Both the position numbers and the translations under genes were made by a program. From contig MU053934.1 of the NCBI GenBank assembly GCA_013239625.1, forward strand, positions 11,075,003 through 11,139,002: DNA of 64,000 nucleotides, written 5' to 3'. The notes beneath the pieces are model-generated. The model ran no database searches and was not told the origin of the DNA. It saw only the letters and a program-made list of their open reading frames with translations. Origin of the DNA: Lama guanicoe. Lineage: Eukaryota. Shown in pieces: positions 38,111 to 51,133 of the stretch (its first letter is position 1; each line of letters begins with the position of its first letter).

Positions 38111-40379
38111 CCTAGCCACCCCGCGCCCGGCACTCCCAGCGTGGGTGCTTCTCCCACCAGGATGGGGGCTCTCCAGGGCAGGCTGGCCCCTTTGGGCTCA
38201 CGGCTACGTCCCCCAGCCCCTCGAACATGCTGGCGATGCTGAGGGAAGCAGCCGTCCTCCATGTCACACAGGCACTGGCTGAGCAGACGAGCCTGGCCCC
38301 AGACACACGCCCCCTCCCCCTTCTGGAACATGTCCCTCTCCCCTGCGCCTTCTGTAAGTCAGGCACTGGCTCACGGCCAGGCGCTGGCCTGCTTCCTGAC
38401 GAGCACCCTCGGGTGGGGCCGGGCCCTGGGACGGCGGAGCATCGCAGAGCACCGCAAAGACTGCCCTGTCGCTGGCCTGGAGGCTCTGGTTACATGTCTC
38501 CCCCTCAGCCTCACACCTGCGTGGGGAACGTCGCCCGGGTGAGAGACAGGACGGGCCAGCAGGCAGAGAGAGCGGAGGAGGGAGAGGCTGACGGTGCGTG
38601 CCTTCCCACGGGGCCGGGAGTCGCGGCCCGGCACGGCCTGGGGTTTGGCTTCACTTCTGTTCTGTCCCCGAGGACCATGGTCCGGTGCCACCAATGCCCG
38701 GCATCTGCTCAGTGCTCCGTAAACCTCGTCTAAAGACGGACCGAGGGCGTCTTATGAGGGGTTGGAAGTCAAAGAAAACCACCTAAGAATGAAACCCCTC
38801 TGTCCCAGAGGGTTCCCTAAAACGCGCTTCGTGTCATTTTCCTTTTATCCGTGGGTGTTAAACACTGCTCATTAAGTGGCCGCAACTTTCCTTCGTGTAC
38901 AGTGGGGAGAGGCCGGGGGGCGTCCTTCCTGGGACCCCGTGTCCTGGGGGGCCATGGGGCGGGGCGGGCGGCCTCTGTGCCTCCCTCCGTGTCTGGGAGA
39001 AGCTGGCTGTGCTGCCGAGTCAGGGCCGGCACCCTCTGAGCCGCTCCGAGGGGCCGAGGTCGCAGGCTGCAGCATCTCCAGGAGTCTGGAGAGCTGATGA
39101 AGAGGCTCTGCGGGGACTTCCGCTGGGGCACCAAGCGCGCTCCAGGAGGAGAGCCCCGGGCTCTGCAGTGCGGGACCTCATGCAGCTCAGGACGGAGGCT
39201 GGGTCCCAGCACCCTGTGCCCACACAGCGCACCGCCAACCCCAACCCAACCCCCCACCCTGGTCCACTTCACTTGCACACCTGCAGCATCTAATCTCACA
39301 TTTCCATAAGCTTCTAGAACATTTCCCCTCTGATAAATTTTTCTCATGGCTGGAAACGCGTACAGTCCCCGGTGATGGTTTCAGCCTCCCGCGATTAGCG
39401 ATTCTCCGTGAAATGAGCGTCTTAATTATGTCAGCAGCATCCATTCTAACGCACGTGTATCGTCCTCACCTCCCTCCAAGACGAAAAAGTGCCACACGGG
39501 ATTTAATTTCCGTTGACAAGTTTGTCTTGCCACAACAACCCATTGAAATGATGGGAAAATTGAGCAGTTTATCCTGACGAGGGAAATGTTATGATCGGAC
39601 AGAAACTGGCTTCGGCGTGATCCGTGGAGCACCTAACAGATCCCAGAAACCGCGTGTCCCCCACCCCCGCCTGGAACCCAGGCTCAGCCAAGCTGTTCTT
39701 GTCACTTGCAGAACAAACCAGGAAGATGTTTCAGGGGAAGCAGGTTAATTTAATGACTACTGCCATTTCAAGCTCCAGAAATCTGCCCGCCTTATCCTCC
39801 AGGGAAAGGCCGCGTTCTACAAAAATCAGGCCACTTGCTCAAGAAAAGCAAAGCAGAGCTGGAGACTCACACCTCGCGTGTCGGCCCGCTCCCGTCACTC
39901 TGCCCACGCTCCCGGGGCCAGGAGGTTGTCGGAATGTGAACCGGGGCCGGCTCCTCAGGGAGGCCCCCCACACTGTGCCCCAGGCCGGGGTGGCAGGTGG
40001 CGGGGGGCGCTGCACACGGTGGGGGGCCAGGACCCAGCCCAAGGACAGAGCACCCCCTGCCTAAGACCCGAGGGGCCACCTGCAGCCCCCACAGCTGGCC
40101 TTGGACACAAACCGGCCTTCAGAGTGGACTCTCTGTCCATGGTTCTGACTCTGCGCCGACCCCACTCAGCCAGCCTTCCTCCACGAGTGATGCCCAGCCT
40201 GGGTGCTGTCCACTCCAGAGTCTTCAGGGACAGGAGCTCCTTTTCCCCAAATGGCTCCAGCAAAGGCTCCTTCGTGGGCTCGCACCCGCCCCACTCACAC
40301 CTGCCGGCTGGGGGCCGTGCGCACTACCTGGCCACGTGCATCGGCCAGCGTGGGCAGCGTTAATAGAGCACCGGAGCCG

Positions 40380-40530
40380 GGCGGCTCAGAGCACAGGGAT
40401 TTGTTCCCTCCCGGCCCTGGAGGCTGGGCCTCTGAGACCCAGGCGTCTGCAGGGCCAGCTTCTTCGGAGGCCCCCCTCCCTGGGGTGTAGACGGCCGGCC
40501 TCTCCCTGCGTCCTCACCTGGTCTCCCGCG
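40380..40530 (-). mobile_element. MLT1 LTR fragment (MLT1B-like)
   Basis: ctggaggctgggcctctgagacccaggcgtctgcagggcc...tgtagacggccggcctctccctgcgtcctcac. Confidence 0.65.
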
Positions 40531-40865
40531 CACCTGCCCTTGGGTTCCCTGTGAGCTGCTGTTGAGAGCTGGGCCCGCCGTGTGGCCTGAGCGCCGTGAG
40601 CACTTGGTTAGTCTGGGCTGAGCATGTGTGCGGCTGCGGTGCCGGTGGTCTCCTGCCCTTCCAGGCCCTGGGTTTGGTCTCTGTGTCCTTCTGGCCTTGT
40701 GCTCAGTGCTCCTCCGCGGACGGGCTCTGTGCCCCGAGCACCGTTAGCTGTGACCCTGCTGAGTAAGCCACTGTGATCTTCCTGAGCCCTATGATTGTGG
40801 TGGAGGGGGGTGGGGTCCAGACACTGTTCTGTAATTTTCCAATTAAGCCTCGGCTTTTTGGTGAG

Positions 40866-41270
40866 TGTACGTGGCTGAAGGGTGGCCCCCAAAGGTATGT
40901 TCACATCCTAACCTTCAAAACTTGTGAGCATGACCATGCTGGGGAAAGGGCCTTTGCAGGTGTGATCAAGTTACAGATCTCAAGATGGGGTCTCCCGGAT
41001 GGCCCTGACGGGCCCTGAATCCAACAGCGTGTCCTTACAGGGGAGAGGAGAGAGAGAACACAGACACATGAGAAGGGGTGCGACCACGGAGGCAGAGAGA
41101 GGAGCCTTTCGAGACCAGACACTGAGGACGTCCCGGAGGCACCAGAAGCTGGTGGAGGGATCTACACCTTGAAGTCAGACTTCGCCCTCCTGCGCTGGGA
41201 GAGACGGGGTTCTGATGCTGGAAGGCCCCGGGCTCCGGGCTTTGTTGCAGTGGCCCGGGAAGCTGGCACG
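40866..41270 (+). mobile_element. MLT1C-like MaLR LTR
   Basis: gctgaagggtggcccccaaaggtatgttcacatcctaacc...aaagggcctttgcaggtgtgatcaagtt...caccagaagctgg...ctttgttgcagtggccc. Confidence 0.85.
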
Positions 41271-42452
41271 TGGATCCTGACACGCTCTTCCGTGGGTTTC
41301 TCTCCCCCTGACTGACACAAAGCGTCCCCACCCACTTCCACGATGCTCTGTGCCGTGTGGGCCGTGGCCTCCCCGCAGGCAGGGCAGGAAGGCTGACGGG
41401 CTGGAGAGGGGAGCTCTCTCCCGCCGGGCCAGGATTCAGAGCTGCGTCTGGAGCATCCTTTTCCCTGGAGAGTCGGCGTCTGTATGGGGACTCTCCGGGT
41501 GTATTTCACAGGGGTTACCTCTCCTTCCCCCCCAGGGCCACGGGGGTGCTTCTCTAATCCAGACTGTGAGGATCCGGCGAGGCTCCTGCAGGGGGCGACC
41601 TCAAAGGTGTGGGGTCCCCCGAACACACGCCCCCCCCAGGAATTTCTCGCCCTCGTGCTCGTCCACACTCAGTCTCCAGAAATTTCCCCAAATGACCATC
41701 GAAATGCTCCTACCAACTTGTGGCGCAGGGGTTTCTGCTCCAGGTGAGCGGGTCTGAGCGGTGTTTCTCTGCATTTGCCTTTTCCTCGAGGTTGTTGCCT
41801 TGGGGCTTTGCCCCGTGAGCACCACTCGCCGACGGGTCCTGAAAAGTTGTGGATCTTCAGAGTTCCCAGTTTTGTCTTGTAAAGGTGACAGCGATGACGT
41901 CCGAGGTCTCCACGTGTCGGAGCTGCAGCTGTGCGCACCCAGTGTCTTTGCTACACGTGGTGGCGTTTTCCTTCAGCTACTAAATCTCAGTCAGACAGTT
42001 AACTGGTCGGTTAGTGACTCTCTCCGCTCAATAAGCCCTTTTCCGGCGTCCTCTGCGGGGCTCTGGGGGCTCAGGAACTTCGAGATCTGTGCTGTCAAGG
42101 CGCTTCCCTCAGGGCGGAGGGTGAAATCCAGAAAGACTTGCTCGCTGTGGGGTTTGCTGCTCCGAGCGTCAGTGGCCTGTGGTGTTCCTGCTCCGGCCGG
42201 GATGCGACGCACCTGCGCCGGGCTGGCCGGGGGCAGGGAGGCTCCCCGGACGGGGTTAAGTCCCCGCTGAGGACTGAGGCTCCGGGACCCGCCCCCGCTT
42301 CCCACCCCAGGGTGTCAGAGCAGGGAGCAAGGAAACCACCACGGCAGACGGAGCTGGTTCTCAGGCTGTGGGAGGCCGGAGGGGCCCGCAGGAGCCTAAT
42401 GAGAGCGAGGAGGGCTTGCAAAGAGGAAAAGCCACCAGATGGAGTCTTCCGA

Positions 42453-42580
42453 GGGGGAGGGGGCAGCGCAGTGGTAGGCGCGTGATTGGCTTGCACGAGG
42501 TCCGGAGCCCAGTCCCCGGCACCTCCATTAAACAAACAAACAAATAAATAAATAACCCGCATCACCTCTGCCCCCTAAAA
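42453..42580 (+). mobile_element. tRNA-derived SINE, camelid type
   Basis: gggggagggggcagcgcagtggtag...gcacgaggtcc...ccccggcacctccattaaacaaacaaacaaataaataaataacc; homologous to the copy at 23015-23183. Confidence 0.8.
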
Positions 42581-42699
42581 TGGGTTGTGCCAGCTTCTCA
42601 CTGAGCGCCTGTCACGGGCACCTCCTGCCATCGGCTCCTCACTGGGGTCTCCTCGGTGGTTCCGAGAGCCCGGCCCCGGTGTCCTTCTCTGGTCAGTTT

Positions 42700-43300
42700 T
42701 GCGTATCTTTTGATTTGAGAGTCATTTTTACAGAATTCTTTTAAACTTTTCAAGCAACACACTCTCTGTGAGCAATGTTTAAGCTGCTTTCTAGTTTGAT
42801 GCGCCAGGATTAATTGAAATTATTGTTACGGGCTGACATGTCACTGTTTTGCAACCGTTCCATGGCAGCGTGAAAGGAGAGCCAGTGACTCAGCATGGCG
42901 TTATGTCTGACAGAGACGCATTTGTGTGACACTTTAGTAAGACTGTTCAAACTCATCAGATCTTTCTTTTATCCATTGTCTAGTTGACACATAATCTCCT
43001 ATGCGTGGATTTCTGCTCACTTGTATCCGTATTTCTAAAAGTGTTTTGGTTGTATATTGAGATGTTGGCACTTATTATAAAATGTTCAACTGATACATCC
43101 TCACTGAGTGATACAATGACCTCGTATTGACACACAGCTCCCTTCTTTGTCCACTAAGTGATTGTCGTCTTGAATTTGACCTTTATTTTAAAATCACACG
43201 ACCACCCTTCCTTTCTTTTCCTTTGCTTTTGCTCAATAAAATTTTCCTATTGTCTTATCATCAACCTGCCCTTGCGGTGATGGTGCTTTGCCAACAATCA
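42700..43300 (-). mobile_element. Old L1ME-like ORF2 fragment (probably resumes at ~44300-44390)
   Basis: AT-rich segment with tcttgaatttgacc and ctagtctttgccatttaataggagactttaactcattaacatttattg motifs. Confidence 0.5.
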
Positions 43301-43364
43301 AAACCAGGAGGGCTTCCTTCCTCTCGCTGCATCACCTAAGGGATGCATGAGCTTAGAGGGGAGC

Positions 43365-43480
43365 ACTTAAGCTCTCAGAGGCAAGTCCTTCACTTATAAA
43401 CTGGGAGCAATAATAGCCATTTGCAAAGAGCCGTTGTGAGAACTAACTGAGGGAATGCACTTAGGGTCCTTCAGTGAACA
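43365..43480 (+). mobile_element. MIR fragment
   Basis: ccttcacttataaactgggagcaataatag...gccgttgtgagaactaactgag. Confidence 0.6.
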
Positions 43481-44063
43481 GCTCCTGACGGAGCCCCCAG
43501 GTGCCAGAACCCAGCACAGGCGCAGGAATCCCGCAGTGAAACACCTGCCCGCTTTCAGAGCTTACGCAGGATGGAAGACAGGCATCAGGCAAGCACGTGC
43601 GGGTAAACCGTTCATGGAAGTGCCACCAATACAAACCAAGAGGGGACGTGAGCACTTACGGAAGGAAGTTCAACCCAGAGGCCTCCCCAGGGAGGTGCCC
43701 CACGAGTCACACAGTAATGAATGGCCAACACCTGGTAACCTTTTCTTTATCACAACCAATGTGAATGAAGACTACTGCAGCCACATCAGTGCAGAAAGGG
43801 TGCTGTCCGCCGAGTCACCAGCCGCTCCCGCGCCCCTGACAGTGAGCGGGGGGACTCAGGACGCGGACAAGCAGGCAGTGCGGCCTCTGCCACCACCCCC
43901 AGCGGTGCCCCTGAGGGGACTCAGGGAGGGAAAGCACAGGACAGTGGCCCTGGAGCGCTCAGTGCAGGTCAGAGGGGTGATTTCAATGAGCCCAGACCTC
44001 TGCACCTTCCCGCACACAGAAAAGCGCTACATTCGTCAGCTTGAGGTGTCTGGCTTTCTCTAA

Positions 44064-44258
44064 TTAACAGTGACCTTTGGATGTCCCGACTCCCTGGTCT
44101 TTGTGGCAAGAACTGCTGTATCTCCTGGCTCCTCCCTGCCTCTTGGAGCAGTCCCTCGGAGGGCTCTGGGAGGCCGCCCCCGGTCTCGAGCCCTCAGAAA
44201 GTCTGCCCAACAAACCACAGCGCTCGGCGCTCAGGCTGCGCGTTTTGCTCAGTTGGCA
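44064..44258 (+). mobile_element. ERV1 LTR 3' part (MER41-like, cetartiodactyl type)
   Basis: tatctcctggctcctccctgcctcttggagcagtccctcggag...cagaaagtctgcccaacaaaccacagc...tcagttggca ending in CA. Confidence 0.55.
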
Positions 44259-44489
44259 CCAGCATGAAACCACCGCCTGTTCTGAGTCTGTTCTCCGTCG
44301 GGGTGTTTTGCATTTTGCTCTTATCTGCTAGTCTTTGCCATTTAATAGGAGACTTTAACTCATTAACATTTATTGTCATAAAGTAATGTTTTGTCTTCCT
44401 TCTGTCATTAAACACAGAGCTTAGTAAGAAAAATGTTAGCATTAAATGTGGCAAAGGCTTAACATCCTCAACATTTGGGGACGGGGGTT

Positions 44490-44870
44490 TACCTGCCACT
44501 AAGGAGACAAATGACTTGCACAGAAAAGTCACATAAGAAGGACCCAACACATGAAAAACAGTCAGCCCCACAGGTAATTTGAAAATGCAAATGAGAACAA
44601 TTACGGGTCTTTTTTGCATCTTTCAAATTGGCAATTTAGAAACATAATATTTGATGTTAAGGCAGGTGGAATGAAACGGCTACAGCCTTCCCCACTGGTG
44701 GAAACGTGACCTGGAATTACCTCTCTCCACAGCAATCTGTTAACACGTGGGAAGAGGGTTGAGAGAGCCAACACCCTCTAATGCCGCAATCATACCTCCA
44801 AAAATTCGTCCTCCGAGCAACGCGGAGCTGCGGACAGAGACGTCCGCGTGACGGCACGCGGGGCAGCTTT
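44490..44870 (+). mobile_element. L1ME-like ORF2 C-terminal fragment
   Basis: aacacatgaaaaacagtcagcc...gaaaatgcaaatgagaacaa...actggtggaaacgtgacctgg...gcaatctg. Confidence 0.6.
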
Positions 44871-47800
44871 CGTGGGTGAAAGCCCGGCCGCCTGGAAGGG
44901 TTCAGCTGGGGGCCTAGCCAGCCCGCCCCGACACAGTCGTTTAGGGGGCCCTCTGGCTACTATCAGCGACCCCTTCTTCCTGACAAATGCTAGTTGATGA
45001 AAACTTTCTAAGTTTGCGAGTAAGTGGTTCTGAATTCTAATAGAATTTGTTCAAAAGGCTTTTCAGGTGTCTGTTTCCTATTCCAAATTGTACTCAGTAG
45101 CCACCAGACATCATGCCCACTGGTTTGTTTTGCACACGAGCTGTTGCAGAGGTCACACGGAGAGCCGGCTTCTCCCCTCCGCCCCCCGCCTCAGGAACGT
45201 CGGCAACGAAGGCGCTTCTGTCAGGCCGGGAGCCATGAACCCAGCCTAGTCATGACCCGTGCCCCGGTGAGCCACTCGCCCTCTGTGAAGAAGACCGTCT
45301 CTTTTCCTTTTGGGGCAAACAGAGGCCGGCTGGGCCCTGCCCGCCCACCAGGGCTCGCCCTGACCTGTTTGGCTGCACCCCTTCTATGGGCATAGTTACC
45401 CAGAACCTGGGCACCCCTCCTCCAGGCCCACGGCCAGCTGCCCAGGACCCGGAGTTCTGCCCAGGGGAGCGGGCGGCCCTGCCACAGGCCAGCCCCCAGG
45501 GCACGGCCGCTTCTGCTCCTGTGGCCACGCTCCTGCACGGGACTCTGCGCATCTGAGATTCTGAACTCAGCCCTTCCCTCCGGGTCACTGTGATGCTGCT
45601 TTCATCTAAGCTGGGGGTTAGAACAGGATGCCTTTAACAGATTCTAAACTCAGATGCTCAAGACACACAGTGTGGGGGCCTCTTTCTGGGCTCCTGCTTC
45701 AGGTCCCCAGAATGTCCACACCAGGTTCGTGGGGACGTCCCCTCAATTTGGGCAGGTGGCAAATTGGCAGGGACCCAAGCATTTGTCATGTTGTCTCCTG
45801 AGGTAAATAAAAATTCACCCTCCCCTTCTCTGTCTTCGTCCATAACCACGTTCCAAATCGTCTGGAAGAGTGTGTTTTAGCAAGAAGCTCTGTTTAAACA
45901 AAGACCGATGGCACATTCCAAACTCTCTTATTTATCCAGAGACTTCAGGTTAAAAATTGAAACATTGAAGTTCTGCATCCTGGTGGTGCTCTCCCACGGC
46001 TCACATACTGGGTTGAGATTTCTCTGAGAAGTGAAACATGAAATTCAAAATATATCTCCCGTCGGAGCACGACTATTTACCAGATAAATTGAGAGAGACG
46101 TCATTTCCCTCTGCAGTTAGGAGCTGCCTGGGGACGACACCCGCGCAGACGCAGCAGCAAGGCCATGCTGGGTGGAAGGCCTTGCCCTCGCCCCTGGGGC
46201 GGGGCTGCAGGGACACTGGGGGTGGGGCTGGTGGGGGAGGGAGGGGAGGGGCTTCTCCAGCCTCCAGTGGAGTTGCACGCTATTTTAATGCACCTATTTA
46301 TCCAGTCAGCTGGGTTGAAACGGGCAAGTCTTTTTTTTTTATTTAAATGCAATTTGACACATGCATTTATATTTTTACATGCGGTGATTTGATGGCCAAA
46401 AATAAAGAATATATTTTGCATTTGAAAAAGATTTTTCTTCTGTCCCTTAATATTGGGACTAATGCAACAGATCCTCCCAGTTTGTCCCCGTTGGTCGTCC
46501 CAGTCTGGTGCTTACTGACGGCAGCGTGTACACAATTAGTTGCTGAATTGATTAGGTGTGAAGCCCAAGTTGATAGCTGTTCACCACTTAGCATCACAAA
46601 CCTGCATCAAAGCCTTCACATGGAGTGCTTCCACACTTCTCTTCATCTCTTGTCATACTTTCTTGCCCCAAGGAAAAGTTTTTATCGCCTCTCAAAAGGA
46701 TCTAACAGCTGTGAAGTACCAGCCCGCAGCTCCGCACACCTGCCCTGGCTTCCACTGCGGGGCCACAGCTGGCTGTCCTTCCTTCTGCATTTTAACCTCA
46801 GCCGTTTACGAAGTCTACAGCCCTGGTACCCGGGCTTCCAGCGAGCGCCATTCTTAGGAACACCAAGGATGTAGGGGACTTTCAAATGGATTCGTCTGTT
46901 TCTGTCCGGGCTTGCCTAAAGATCCACAAATGCAGCAGTCGATAAAGAAACTGCCCATTTCTTCAAAGCTCCATCCTCCAGAACGGCCACTTGCTTTGGA
47001 ACTTTGTGCCATTCGCCGTCACCCGGGGGCCTGCGTAGACCCTGACAGCGCAGACCGCCCTCACACGCGCTCACGGCGGGTCCCGAGAGCCCCGCGGAGA
47101 CGGCACGACCTTATCGGAGGGACGGCGAGCCTTCCTACCCGCCCGGCTGCTGCCAACCTCACAGCGCGCGTGGACTTCAAGTCCAGCCTCACGGACGTGC
47201 CAATGTCCACACCGGGCACAAACCCCCACGCTTCTCGGCCGAGTCTCACAGGCCTGCCCCCGACGGGCGTCTTAAGGTTGAAAACTTAGCTTCGTCACAA
47301 GCAGGAGGCGTGCCGCCCGGCTTCCGCCTGCGGGCGGGCAGGGACTCCAGTCCGCGGGTGGCGCGCTGTCGGGAGGGGCCGCCATGCCACCCGCCAACCA
47401 CACATCGCGGGGCAGCCGCTTGTTGTTTGCAAGGTGCACCTGCCGCCCGGTCTGAGGTGGCTCTCCGTCCCTCTGACCTGGCCCCCGGTGGGCAGTGGAC
47501 TGTCTGCAGTTCCACTAATGAAGACGTAATGGAGGCCGGGGCGCTTAGCAGGACGATGACAGATAAAGAAGCCCTTGAGCTGGGACCAAGCAGAGGGCAG
47601 CGCACATCCAGACAGCTGGTGCTCGCTCGCAGACGGCCGCCGACGCCCCCGAGAGCCCTCCACTCAGGGCAGGGCCGGGGGGGGGTTGCCGGGGCCCAGG
47701 GAGGCCAGGGCAGAGGCGAGCTCCATGCGGCCAGCACCCGCCTGCAGGGGAGGGGCACTGAGGCATAAAGAAAATGTCCCCACAGAGAGTGCGCGTCCAT

Positions 47801-47899
47801 CAGATAGCACAGCCATGGTGCTGCGGAGTCCTCTGACCACAGCTGGTGATCCAGATCCAAGGTATCAATCAACCTTCCCCCTAAAGTGATGTTCACCCA

Positions 47900-48262
47900 G
47901 TGAGCACTCGCAACAAATGACTGCAGACTGCAGTTCTGGAGGTCAGAAGGCCAAGGGCAAGGTGTCGGCCGGGCCATTCCCTCTGGAGATAGACCCCCGC
48001 TGTGTCTCTCCAGCCCCTGGAGCTGCCGGCAGCCCTGGTGCCTCTGGCCCCCCCAGCATCACTCCAGCCGCCGCCTCCGTCCTCACACCTCCTCCTCCTC
48101 TGTCTCACAGGACGCTGCCCCACGGATCTGCTGCCGCCTGGAAGCCCCAGGATGAGCCCGTCCTGAGATCCTTTACCATGACGTCTTCTTCCACATAAGG
48201 TCACACTCAAGAGGTCCAGGTGGACACATTTTGGAGGTGGGGGCACCATCCTACCCACTGCA
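47900..48262 (-). mobile_element. MLT1C-like MaLR LTR
   Basis: cagttctggaggtcagaaggccaagggcaaggtgtcggccgggcc...cataaggtcacactc...ggggcaccatcctacccactgca. Confidence 0.85.
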
Positions 48263-49029
48263 CGTGGCTCTATTGCTCACCCATCCATTAAACGTGACTT
48301 AAAGCGATAACCGGATTGAGGGTCCGGGGACAGGGAGAGCTTTTCACCATCAACCTCGTCTCACTGATTCAGACTCATTGTTGGACTGACTGCTCTCGGT
48401 GACTGGGGTCTGAATTACTGTGCTTTGCAGAGAAGATCACGCCACCAGTTTGAGCTCTGCAGGGCAGATCCGACGAGCCCAGGGGTTGTTCCTCCTGCTC
48501 TGAGTGACCTGCCGTCCTGTCTTCCCACACCGACAGTGCGTCGCCCACGCCGCCAGCCCCGCGTGGCCCGTGGAGATGCTCAGAGGTACCGTCTTCTCTA
48601 AAACGAACAGAGGGCTTAACACAGGGGGTGCTCTGTGGTTGCCCCAGTGAGGCACCGCTGATGGAAATGCTGTCACAGATCTGAATGCCAAGCAAGGGTT
48701 TACTGTTCTTAACCCACTGGTGTGTTTTCTCCTAATGAACAGTAAGGATACGTAAATGTCTGTCTTTGCTTTTTCTACCAGGAAGTCCAGAGCTGAGCCT
48801 GTGGCTCCAGTTTGGTGCTGATACAGGACCCGAGGCCGAAATAGCTTCTCTCCCGTCTTCCCACTGGCCTGAGCTCTGATTCTGATGATGTTTTCCCAGA
48901 TTCTAACATACTGATCATTTTGTTTATTACACATTTTCTTCTAAGTGACTTCAAACTTTGTGGGATGAATTAAGACCAACTGAATGGCTAGCTGGCTGGG
49001 TTAAGGGATGGTGAACAGAAAGGTGATTG

Positions 49030-49265
49030 GACAGATAGATGGATGGATGGGTATGTAGACAGGTGTTTGGGTGAGTGGATGGACGGCTTTAAATGTGGGT
49101 GGATGAGTAGATGGGTGGGCAGATGGGTAGGTGGACGGGTGGGTGGATGAGTGGATGGGTGGATGGATGGGATGGGTGGGTGGATGGGTGGATGAGTGGA
49201 TGGGCGGGTGGATGGGTGGGTGGATGAGTGAATGGGTGGATGGGTGGGCGGATGAATAGATGGAG
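49030..49265. repeat. (GGAT/GGGT)n simple repeat
   Basis: gggtggatgagtggatgggtggatggatgggatgggtgggtgg... Confidence 0.95.
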
Positions 49266-49322
49266 AGTGGCTATCTTATAGGAAGAGCATATTTTAAATC
49301 CATATGGATATTTGAGTCAGTT

Positions 49323-49485
49323 TTAATACATATAAATATTAAAAATAGAATCAAATCTATTGATCAAGGCTTGCCAAAGGATTGTTTCAATCTAATTTCC
49401 TAAATTAATACATATAAATATTAAAAATAGAATCAAATCTACTGATCAAGGCTTGCCAAAGGATTGTTTCAATCTAATTTCCTAA
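49323..49485 (+). repeat. 82-bp-period tandem duplication (2 copies, 1 internal mismatch)
   Basis: ttaatacatataaatattaaaaatagaatcaaatcta(t/c)tgatcaaggcttgccaaaggattgtttcaatctaatttcctaa starting at 49323 and 49405. Confidence 0.97.
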
Positions 49486-51133
49486 TTATTTTTCACCTGA
49501 TCCAGATAACTAGCTTTATTTTCATTTTTATTTTACTGAAACTAATTTTATAGGCATCAGTTGTTTGGGTATCAATTTTGCAACAAGTATCTTATTCAAC
49601 AATCAGTTTGACCAGACGGTTTTCAGCCGGTCATACCAATGCTAAACGCTGCATTGCTTTTTAAGTGCATTATTTCTACCCCATTCGAATTATTCCAGTC
49701 ATACATTTTGTGAAAATGATCATAACCCACTTTGCTGTGTGAAGTCGTGTTCCTTGCCACATTTATTTTGTGTTATTTCTACCAGCAGTATTCAGTATGA
49801 AATAAATAAAATGGAGAGTCCATATGTCTCCCTTATTTTAAAAGGAAATTGTGAGAAATTCTTCTCACATATTCTAGAGTTACTCTTTGGTTCAGGATCT
49901 GTTTACATTGTTGCCAGGTTTTCTGGGCTGTTTTGGTTTTGGTTTTTGGATTTTCCGTTTGTTTGTGTTTGAGGAACTAAAAGCAAATAGAGGGGGTAAA
50001 GCAGGGGCATGAGCCCACCAAGGTCCGGGGCGCACGTGGGGCTCGCCAGGAGCCCACGTCCCGGGGGGCTGACTCCAAGGAAGAAGTGGGTGCTCGTGCA
50101 TTGCTTGCTGGGTGCAAACACAGCCAGGACCCCACCCCCTGCGGTTCTGGGAAGAGCCGTTGACCACCCCGGCTTCTCCTCCCGTCCCCGCCAGACACCC
50201 TTGTGCTGTCCAGGGCCGCTCCTGCGCGCCCTCCCCTGAGAGGGGCAGGCTCCAGGCTCCCTCTTCCCTCTGCGCTCCTGAGACGAGCGGGTCTCTGTCC
50301 AGCGATAGAAGCCAGCTTTTCCCAGTGGAGAGTTTTCCCCAAGAACTGACTGACAGGGACCTGCCGTCACCCTCTCGCACGCACGTTTAAGGGAGATTGT
50401 GTAGCTGGAACACGCACTGCTGAGGCCACTGCTGACGAAAAGCAGCAGGAGGGGCTCGAGGGGGCTCACCCCCAGCCCTGCCTCCTGTTCCAGACTCTCC
50501 TCCCTCTCCCCTGCCCTGTCCGTCCCTCTCCCCACTGCTGTGTTGGGGCCCTGTCCCCTCCTAGACAGCTTTCCTCTGGGTCCCCACTGTCTAGACAAAT
50601 CCAGAAGTTGTTCTTGGGGTCTCCCAGGGCTGAAACGTCATGGAACAATGTTTTCAGCATCAGTAGCTTTGGGCAGGCCTGGCGACTGCTGCATAAACCC
50701 AGTCTGTTTCTCTCTGGGCTCTGGACTCTTCTGGGACAGACACTGAGCATCCGAGTGGGAGGTGATCCCAGGAGAAGCTGGAGAGAGTAGGGGGACGGGG
50801 TACGGGGGGAAGGAAGGAGAGGGCCTGACCTCCCCATGGGCACTGGCTGCCCCCGCATCCTCGCATTACAGCGTCAGCCCCGGTGCACTCCAGCCCTGGA
50901 GCTGGGTGGCACACAGGCCCCCCTCGGGAAAAGGAAGGAGCAGGAGTCACTCACAGGGGCAGTATCAGAAAATCCTTCATGTCTGGTGGACATGTGTCCT
51001 GGGCCTGAAGACACACAATTTCTTCGGAAACAGCATCTCAAGCAGGGGCCTCTGTGCAAAGACCTAAGATGTTCAGAACAAGGAGCAAGGAGTTAGGGCG
51101 TCTTCCCGACCGTCTGTCACTGAAGAGATTTAA

